Origin: Christensenellaceae bacterium
Lineage (GTDB): Bacteria; Bacillota; Clostridia; Christensenellales; UBA1242
Direction of reading: 5' to 3'
Assembly: GCA_031260975.1 (NCBI GenBank)
Contig: JAISKJ010000003.1
Coordinates: forward strand, 65,480-129,479
DNA length: 64,000 bases
This document shows positions 57,852 through 64,000 of this stretch, in pieces. How positions within the stretch are numbered: the stretch's first letter is position 1; the number at the start of each line of letters is the position of its first letter. A program made the position numbers and the translations under genes. Under the pieces are notes generated by a model that was given only the letters and a program-made list of their open reading frames with translations, was not told where the DNA came from and ran no database searches.

Positions 57852-57981
57852 ACCCCTATACACCAGCCTGAGCAGAGAATGGTTCAATGACACTCATAAA
57901 CTACCTTTGAGGAAAAAAGGTGGAAAAAAGAAAGTGGGAGGGTGAACAATATTTATAGCCCGCTAACCACAGGAGGAAAAA

Positions 57982-58671
57982 ATGAAAATAGCAAAAAGAA
58001 TGAAAGAGGCGTTGAGTTCTTATGAAAAAACTCAAAGCTATGAGCAGTCTGAAGCACTTAAGATTGTTCTAGGCAACGCCAAGGCAAAGTTTGATGAAAC
58101 TGTTGAGCTTCACGTAAAGCTTGGTGTAGATAGCCGTAACGCCGACCAGCAGGTTAGGGGCACGGTAGTGCTTCCGGCAGGAACGGGAAAAAGCAAGAAG
58201 GTTTTGGTTATAGCCAAAGGCGACAAGGCAGATGAGGCCACAAAGGCCGGTGCTGACATTGTAGGAGCCGAAGAAATCGTGGCCAAAATTACAGGTGGAT
58301 GGGTGGACTTTGATGTGTGTATAACTACTCCTGACATGATGGGTGTGGTAGGACGTGTAGCCAAGGTTCTGGGACCCAAAGGCCTTATGCCAAACCCAAA
58401 AAGCGGAACTGTTACCACTGATGTGGCCAAGGCCATTGACGAGGTTAAGGCCGGAAAGGTAGAGTATAGGCTTGATAAAAACAACATAATACATGTAGGT
58501 ATCGGAAAGGCAAGCTTTGGTGTTTCAAAATTACTTCAGAACTTTGAAATGATTATGGCAGCGCTCATTAAGGCAAAGCCCGCAAGTGCAAAGGGTATTT
58601 ATCTTAGAAGCGTAACTCTGACCAGCACTATGGGGCCGGGCGTTAAAGTAAACTATAAAAGTGCAGTTTAA
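57982..58671 (+). CDS. rplA: 50S ribosomal protein L1
   Basis: [34 protein letters not shown]. Confidence 0.96.
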   Translation: MKIAKRMKEALSSYEKTQSYEQSEALKIVLGNAKAKFDETVELHVKLGVDSRNADQQVRGTVVLPAGTGKSKKVLVIAKGDKADEATKAGADIVGAEEIVAKITGGWVDFDVCITTPDMMGVVGRVAKVLGPKGLMPNPKSGTVTTDVAKAIDEVKAGKVEYRLDKNNIIHVGIGKASFGVSKLLQNFEMIMAALIKAKPASAKGIYLRSVTLTSTMGPGVKVNYKSAV

Positions 58672-58680
58672 TATTTTATA

Positions 58681-58710
58681 AAAACTAAGCAAACAGTGCT
58701 TAGTTTTTTG
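58681..58710 (+). terminator. intrinsic terminator after rplA
   Basis: ACTAAGC-AAACAGT-GCTTAGTTTTTT. Confidence 0.8.
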
Positions 58711-58772
58711 TTCTTATAAATTAAGTATTGTACATTGCTGTGTTTTATGATATATTAAAAATAGGAGCGGGT

Positions 58773-59447
58773 ATGAGAGTAGTTTTTGTAGAGGGGCGCA
58801 AAGCAACCGGTAAAACAACACTATCTAATATTATGGCTAAGGGCGGTAATGCTTTGTATTTTGATGTAGCACCCACATATAACAAGGCGCGTCAAGGAAA
58901 TTGGGAACTGCACAGCAGAGCTGCCATGGTTCTTTATCCGGGAGCATATTTGTTAAAAAAGTTTACTTATGAAACTTTTTGTGAGGATATAAAGGAACAG
59001 GTGTTGTCGTCGAATGCTGATATTTGTATAATAAGCGGCGTACGCAGTATGTATGGAATAGATTATATTACCGATTACTTTAATTTTGCCGAACAAAAAA
59101 TAATTTATTTGGATACAGATTTAGATACTGCAAGGCAGGCATATTTAACACGGAAAGATGCAAATAAAGATAAAAGTAAATTGGGTTTTGAGGCATCTTT
59201 TATGTATGAAAGTGTTTTGGGAATAGAGAAAATAAAAGAGCATGTGTTGAAAAACTCTGAAAACTGCCTGTATTGTTATAGAGAGGATAAGAATTATAAG
59301 ATTATACAGGATGCTGTTAAATTTGCCTATGACGGACAGGCTGAAGTAAGTATGGAAGAGATTAATAATTATTTTAATAATAATTCAAGTTTGTCAACCG
59401 AGAAAGAAGCCTTAAATGCAAATCAGGCTAAGGGTGCTGTTGAATAA
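58773..59447 (+). CDS. P-loop NTPase / nucleotide-kinase-like protein inserted between rplA and rplJ
   Basis: SD AGGAGCGGG precedes the ATG at 58773. Walker A is VEGRKATGKTT. AT-rich (rows 59281-59340 have 22/60 GC; 59341-59400 have 14/60). Confidence 0.6.
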   Translation: MRVVFVEGRKATGKTTLSNIMAKGGNALYFDVAPTYNKARQGNWELHSRAAMVLYPGAYLLKKFTYETFCEDIKEQVLSSNADICIISGVRSMYGIDYITDYFNFAEQKIIYLDTDLDTARQAYLTRKDANKDKSKLGFEASFMYESVLGIEKIKEHVLKNSENCLYCYREDKNYKIIQDAVKFAYDGQAEVSMEEINNYFNNNSSLSTEKEALNANQAKGAVE

Positions 59448-59459
59448 TGTGAAAATTTC

Positions 59460-59487
59460 TTGACAAAAATATTTTTTGTGGTATAAT
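59460..59487 (+). promoter_or_regulatory. sigma-A promoter of rplJ-rplL
   Basis: TTGACA (59460-59465), 16-nt spacer, TATAAT (59482-59487). Confidence 0.65.
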
Positions 59488-59650
59488 TTGAATATCTAAA
59501 AATCTTTTGCCAAAGACAGCAAGTGGGGAAACCCGTAAAACTTTATGGTTGCTTGCCGAGGTAAGTATGAGTTTAAAACTGTGTTTTAAAATCCTATGCT
59601 TATTTCGGCGTAGGATTTTTTGATAGAAATTTTAAAGAAGGAGGACATAT
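59488..59650 (+). promoter_or_regulatory. L10 (rplJ) leader with internal terminator/attenuator hairpin
   Basis: The position matches the Firmicute L10 leader. A 10-bp hairpin AATCCTATGC/GCGTAGGATT (59590-59617) is followed by a T-run. Confidence 0.6.
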
Positions 59651-60136
59651 ATGGCAAATATAGATGCAAAAAAGGTTGTTGTTGAAGAGATAAAACAGCA
59701 CCTTAAAAAGAGCAAAAGCGTAATTTTTGTGGACTATAAGGGCATTAACGTTGAGCAGGACACTACTCTTAGAAAAAAACTGAGAGACAGCGGTGCAGCT
59801 TATAAGGTATATAAAAACCGTCTGGTTATGCGTGCACTTGATGAAGCCGGAATTAAGGACTATGACGTAAAGCTTTTAGAAGGCACAACTTCAGTAGTGT
59901 TTGGAAGCGATGAAACCACCGCTGCCGGAATACTTTATAAGGCGGGCAAAGAATATCAGAAGCTTGGCATTAAGTTCGGAATTTTAAACGGCACAGTTTT
60001 GTCGTCAGCCGAGACAGAAGCTCTGGCGAAAATTCCCAGCAAAGAAGTTCTTATTGCTCAGCTGCTCGGTATGCTTAATGCACCGATTGCAGCTCTTGCG
60101 CGTGCTCTCGATGCGGTGGCAAAAAAAGGTGCGTAA
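59651..60136 (+). CDS. rplJ: 50S ribosomal protein L10
   Basis: K...V.EI...L..S.SVIFVDYKGINV.QDT.LRKKLR..G..YKVYKN. Confidence 0.95.
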   Translation: MANIDAKKVVVEEIKQHLKKSKSVIFVDYKGINVEQDTTLRKKLRDSGAAYKVYKNRLVMRALDEAGIKDYDVKLLEGTTSVVFGSDETTAAGILYKAGKEYQKLGIKFGILNGTVLSSAETEALAKIPSKEVLIAQLLGMLNAPIAALARALDAVAKKGA

Positions 60137-60256
60137 GAAACAGACATAAAAAAATAAAAATATCACGCAGGGACGTTCCTGCAAAAAATCATTGCGGATT
60201 TCCGCAAAATAAAAAGTAAAGTGGGGAAAGGCCCCGCAAAAAGGAGAAAATTAAAA

Positions 60257-60634
60257 ATGGCAGAATTGAACAAAATTGTTGAAGAAATTAAAAAACTTAC
60301 CATAGTGGAAGTTGCAGACTTGGTTAAAAAATTGGAGGAAGAATTTGGTGTTAGTGCCGCAGCGGCAGTAGCAGCAGCTCCGGCAGGCGGAGCAGTTGAC
60401 GGTGCTCCGGCTGCAGCTGAAAAGAGTTCGTTTAACATTACTCTTAAGGACGCAGGCGCAAACAAGATTGCGGTTATTAAGCTTGTTAAAGAAATCACAG
60501 GACTTGGACTTGGAGAGGCAAAAGCTTTGGTTGACGGTGCTCCTTCAAAAATTAAGGAAGGCGTTAAGACAGAAGAGGCTAAAGAATTTGAAGTAAAATT
60601 CAAAGAAGCAGGCGCCACTATTGAACTTTCTTAA
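60257..60634 (+). CDS. rplL: 50S ribosomal protein L7/L12
   Basis: [32 protein letters not shown], an Ala-rich hinge, and [22 protein letters not shown]. Start moved to 60257. Confidence 0.96.
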   Translation: MAELNKIVEEIKKLTIVEVADLVKKLEEEFGVSAAAAVAAAPAGGAVDGAPAAAEKSSFNITLKDAGANKIAVIKLVKEITGLGLGEAKALVDGAPSKIKEGVKTEEAKEFEVKFKEAGATIELS

Positions 60635-60653
60635 TAATAGAAGTTTTCTAAAA

Positions 60654-60686
60654 CAAAAAATACCCCTAAGAGGGGTATTTTTTTTC
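60654..60686 (+). terminator. intrinsic terminator after rplL
   Basis: AAAAAATACCCCT-AAG-AGGGGTATTTTTTTT. Confidence 0.88.
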
Positions 60687-60725
60687 GCAGTGAGGTGCTA
60701 CGCTGTTGTATTGACAGGTATTATT

Positions 60726-61031
60726 TTAAGGCTTTAAAAAGGTAATACACTTTGGTACTTCGTTGATGGGGTTTACGGTTATGCCATTGGCTATGCATTT
60801 GCATTGATTGTTAAAAAGGCAATGTGCCTTGCATCTCAGCGTCAGTTTTTTGTTGTGGCGATATTCGGCCACATCCGGCGTTTCGTCAAAAATTTGTCTG
60901 GAAATATCCTTGCCGCCATCACCCTTTTCAAACTGTGTGCAAGTGAGGGCGTCGCTTATTGTTATGCCGTGTGCCATGCAGGTAAGCTTATCGTTATACT
61001 TACATCCGGTTTTTCTGCATCTGATATCCAT
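60726..61031 (-). CDS. DUF1540-type small Cys-rich protein (two repeats)
   Basis: C.KTGCKYN....C.A.GI.I and CKAHCLFN..CKC.ANGITV repeats. SD GGAGG is present. Confidence 0.7.
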   Translation of the reverse strand: MDIRCRKTGCKYNDKLTCMAHGITISDALTCTQFEKGDGGKDISRQIFDETPDVAEYRHNKKLTLRCKAHCLFNNQCKCIANGITVNPINEVPKCITFLKP

Positions 61032-61132
61032 ATTGCCTCCATAATGGCCATCAATTAACTAAAGCTTACGCCTGTTTTAATTGATATCATTTATAAATAT
61101 TGCCTAAAAACTCAAGTTTATGCGCACTTGTC

Positions 61133-61161
61133 TTGACTAAATGCTAAAAAGGCGTTAAAAT
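61133..61161 (+). promoter_or_regulatory. sigma-A promoter candidate for rplI
   Basis: TTGACT (61133-61138), 17-nt spacer, TAAAAT (61156-61161). Confidence 0.5.
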
Positions 61162-61266
61162 TAAGCAGAGGCATATATATAAGCTTTTGCAGGAGAAGGT
61201 TGGGCTAGAGTGCCTGCAGAATATTATGCTATAATATAAAGAGAATTGGATTATGAGAGGTAAATT

Positions 61267-61710
61267 ATGAAAATAATTTTGATAAGTGACGTAAAGGGTA
61301 CAGGCAAAAAGGGAGAAGTGCTGGAAGTCAGCGACGGCTACGCCAAAAACTTTTTGTTTAAAAAGGGGTTGGCTAAGGATGCTAATCAGAGCAATGTGCT
61401 TGAAAATATGAGCCGTCAGGCATCTGACCAGCACAAAAAACAGCTGGAGCGCGAAGCTGCGCAGGCTGAAGCTAATAAGCTTAAAGGAATCACCATTATT
61501 GTTAAAATCAAAGCCGGCGATGGCGGCCGTGTTTTTGGTTCGGTTACAGCGGGAGCAATCAGCGAGGCGCTTGCCGCTAAAAATATTTTTATTGACAAAA
61601 AAGATCTTGTTTTTAACGGCCCCATAAAAGCTTTGGGAAGTTTTGTAATAGAAGCCAAAATCCATGCTGGTATCAGTGTCAAATTTAATCTGATTGTTGA
61701 AGCGGAGTAA
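61267..61710 (+). CDS. rplI: 50S ribosomal protein L9
   Basis: [36 protein letters not shown]. Confidence 0.95.
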   Translation: MKIILISDVKGTGKKGEVLEVSDGYAKNFLFKKGLAKDANQSNVLENMSRQASDQHKKQLEREAAQAEANKLKGITIIVKIKAGDGGRVFGSVTAGAISEALAAKNIFIDKKDLVFNGPIKALGSFVIEAKIHAGISVKFNLIVEAE

Positions 61711-61775
61711 AGGGAAAAATGCTCAACCAAAAGGGTGATAAAGATGAATTTGGGACTTTGGGTTTATAGTAAAAT

Positions 61776-61806
61776 AAAAACACCGGCAAAATTGCGGTGT
61801 TTTTTG
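61776..61806. terminator. bidirectional terminator
   Basis: AAAAACACCG-GCAAAATTG-CGGTGTTTTTT, between convergent genes. Confidence 0.75.
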
Positions 61807-61817
61807 TTATTTTTTTG

Positions 61818-62531
61818 CTAACGTCTATGCGCGAGAACTATCAAAAGAAATCTGACAAGGTTCAGCAGAGATATAAGCAGTGCTGCAACATATGTAAGGG
61901 CGGCAGCGTTAAGTACTTTTTTGGCCATTACGAGTTCATCCTCTTCAAGAGTAACGCTGTCGCGAAGTACTTTAATTGCTCTGTTTGAGGCATTATATTC
62001 AACCGGAAGGGTGACAAGGTTGGCCAGAGTTGCCGAGCCGAAGAGAACCACACCGCTCCATAAAAATATTTCACCTAAAAGTCCTCCGCCTTCAACCGCA
62101 AAGCCAAAGATAAGGCCGATTATGACAAGCGGCATAAGCAGCGTTGAAGCAAAGTTGCTCACAGGTATTATTATCTGGCGAAGCTTTAGAGGAATGTAAC
62201 CGTCTTTATCTTGAAGAGCATGCCCAAACTCATGACAGGCAATTCCGAGAGCTGCTACTGATGAAGAGTTGTATACACCGTCTGAAAGTGCCAGCTCTTT
62301 GGTGTGTGAGTTATAATGGTCGGTCAAATGACCCTTAACTTTTTTAATAGTTATATTTTCAAGATAACATACACGCTTAAGATGCTCCAAAAGCTCAGCC
62401 GCGGTAGTACCTCTGCGTGAAGTTACTTGCGAATATCTTGAATAGGTGGAATGCACCTTGCTTTGTGCCCAGATGGCAAATATTATTGCAGGCAGTAAGA
62501 TTATTCCCATTATGTAATATTCTAAAAACAT
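61818..62531 (-). CDS. YugP-family zinc metallopeptidase (paralog A)
   Basis: HEFGHALQD (HExxH), N-terminal TM helix, ...LTDHYNSHTKELALS. Start moved to the ATG at 62531 after AGGAGAAAA. Confidence 0.8.
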   Translation of the reverse strand: MFLEYYIMGIILLPAIIFAIWAQSKVHSTYSRYSQVTSRRGTTAAELLEHLKRVCYLENITIKKVKGHLTDHYNSHTKELALSDGVYNSSSVAALGIACHEFGHALQDKDGYIPLKLRQIIIPVSNFASTLLMPLVIIGLIFGFAVEGGGLLGEIFLWSGVVLFGSATLANLVTLPVEYNASNRAIKVLRDSVTLEEDELVMAKKVLNAAALTYVAALLISLLNLVRFLLIVLAHRR

Positions 62532-62606
62532 ATTTTCTCCTAAAAAGTTTTCCTCTGACGCTATGAAAACTTTTTGCATTTTTTAGTTTATGTAAAAAAT
62601 TTTTTA

Positions 62607-63335
62607 TTAAGACTGTTTTGTTTTGCTGCGCCGGATGACGAGCCTTTTTATAAATGTTATGCCAAGTATAGTGCTTATAAAGCTTGCTACGTATGTAAAC
62701 CCCGCCGCACCCAAAACTTTATCAACATATTTCAGTTCGTAGTCGGTGAGAATTTTGTTTTCACTTAAAATCTTTTTTGCCCTGTTTGAGGCGTCATACT
62801 CAATGGATATGGTAAGAAGTCTCCCTAATAGCCCAAGCAGCACCGCGCTTCCGGCTCCGACCAATACCCATACGCCGATATATTCGATGTATAAAAAGGG
62901 TAGTAGCATGATGAGCCCCGCGATTGTGGCGGGAATTACCAGCACGCCAAACACTTTTGACCAGAAGCCCACAAATCTGTGCATTAAATAGAGGAAGCTG
63001 TGGTTTTTGTGTTGCATGGCATGTCCGAATTCATGTGATACCACGGCAAGGGCTGCAACTGAAGTATTGTTATAGGTGCTTTTAGAAAGAGCAATAAGAC
63101 GTTTTCGCGGAGAGTAATAGTCGCTGAGTTCGCCAAGGGTTAAACTAAATTTAAGTTTAGTCATGTTATATTTTTGTTTGTAAAACCAAAGCAGTTGCTG
63201 GGCAGTGATTCCGGCTGAGGCCATAATTACATTATACTTCTTAAATCTGTTTAAGACCGTCTGATTAGCAGAGGTCACAATTGTCAGAAGTATTGCCAGA
63301 AATACTATTACCGCTATGGATATGTAAATATACAT
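62607..63335 (-). CDS. YugP-family zinc metallopeptidase (paralog B)
   Basis: SHEFGHAMQH with the same architecture. Start uncertain: the ATG at 63335 lies 6 nt after a TATAAT, which could mean a leaderless transcript; the track's TTG at 63410 lacks an SD. Confidence 0.75.
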   Translation of the reverse strand: MYIYISIAVIVFLAILLTIVTSANQTVLNRFKKYNVIMASAGITAQQLLWFYKQKYNMTKLKFSLTLGELSDYYSPRKRLIALSKSTYNNTSVAALAVVSHEFGHAMQHKNHSFLYLMHRFVGFWSKVFGVLVIPATIAGLIMLLPFLYIEYIGVWVLVGAGSAVLLGLLGRLLTISIEYDASNRAKKILSENKILTDYELKYVDKVLGAAGFTYVASFISTILGITFIKRLVIRRSKTKQS

Positions 63336-63430
63336 AGTTTTATTATATATGTTTTGACAAAGTTTACAAAGCAAATTTGAATAATACGAAATTTTTATTT
63401 TCTGCCTCAAAAATTCACATTGGTGCTAAA

Positions 63431-64000
63431 TCACTCTAGTTCGGTTATATTATCTATTTTGCCGCCGGTTATGTCAAATTTATATATCCTTGCCGTATAA
63501 CTCTTGTTGTTTTTAAATATTAGGGCATAGGAGTTTTTGTGTTCGGTAAGGTATCTGTTCTGGCGGATGGTAACCAGATTTTTAAAAAATTCTTCAAGAT
63601 GCTTATTAGTGAGGCGGTCACTGAGAGTGCGGCTCAGGTATTGCCTTGAAAGGTTGTGGTTTTTGCTCTGCACTGCTTCGATGAAAGCAAACGGGATAAT
63701 TTGCGAATGATTTGTCATTTGAGGCTGGCCGTTTAGGTATATTGTTTTTTGTGTGATATCAAAGTTATTTTTTTGAAGGTTAATGGTATGTTTTATACCT
63801 TGTTTAGCTATATCGTTGTTATATTTTATGGCGGTAACCGTGAAGTCTTTTATTTCAAGCTCGTCAACCGTGCCCGAAAACTGCTGGGTCAGCCCTTCGA
63901 AGGATTTGAGTATAATCAGATTTGTACGTGCGCCGAAACCCTCAAATACAATATATTGACCCACCGCACGTGCCCGAAAAGAAGTAAGAGGTGTACTAAA
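63431..64000 (-). CDS. hypothetical protein, possibly continuing beyond the window edge
   Basis: The frame stays open upstream of the GTG at 63964 to position 64000 (…FSTPLTSFRARAVGQY…). No motif recognised. Confidence 0.45.
   Translation of the reverse strand, partial: FSTPLTSFRARAVGQYIVFEGFGARTNLIILKSFEGLTQQFSGTVDELEIKDFTVTAIKYNNDIAKQGIKHTINLQKNNFDITQKTIYLNGQPQMTNHSQIIPFAFIEAVQSKNHNLSRQYLSRTLSDRLTNKHLEEFFKNLVTIRQNRYLTEHKNSYALIFKNNKSYTARIYKFDITGGKIDNITELE

Overview
This 64-kb window is a chromosomal segment from a low-GC, endospore-forming Firmicute. It looks Clostridia-like: spoVT and spoIIE are present, a KOW gene sits between map and infA, and a DUF1385-like domain lies with prmC and prfA. 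All calls come from reading the ORF track and the DNA by eye. No BLAST, HMM or RNA-folding run was possible, so family names rest on remembered motifs. I moved several start codons using Shine-Dalgarno (SD) position.

Core content:
- rpmE, spoVT, a MOP-family flippase, HU and a Na/Pi transporter.
- pgk-gpmI-tpiA.
- A complete S10-spc-alpha ribosomal super-operon (15002-31947) with secY, adk, map, infA, rpmJ and rpoA.
- An NfeD/SPFH pair, and a HIT protein next to spoIIE.
- A DUF1385-like::PrmC fusion followed by prfA.
- rpmG-secE-nusG-rplK-rplA, then rplJ-rplL, and rplI.

Unusual content, most interesting first:
1. An AT-rich three-gene cassette (42219-44955): an acidic helical protein, a zeta-toxin-like P-loop kinase with two unassigned domains, and a PHP phosphoesterase. 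The genes are translationally coupled and have their own promoter and direct repeats. The cassette lies beside gene debris and a tRNA-Arg. This is my best candidate for an undescribed toxin/defence-type module.
2. A 732-codon helical-repeat protein with a Cys-His-Asp domain, interrupted by one in-frame TAA (203-2401).
3. A five-gene minus-strand operon (36227-42017) combining an FAD/Rieske oxidoreductase, a tocopherol-cyclase-like protein, two glycosyltransferases and a nucleotidyltransferase fused to a degenerate HAD domain.
4. Lys/Ala/Pro-rich extensions on L22, L29, L24, L5, S5, SecE, Pgk, the SPFH protein and others.
5. A P-loop kinase-like gene inserted between rplA and rplJ.
6. An EgtD-family methyltransferase split at a G9 tract.
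7. A 48-nt block shared by the prfA and rplA 5' regions.
8. Recurring GGGG-loop-CCCC mini-hairpins upstream of SD sites.

I saw no CRISPR array, rRNA, transposase or integrase.
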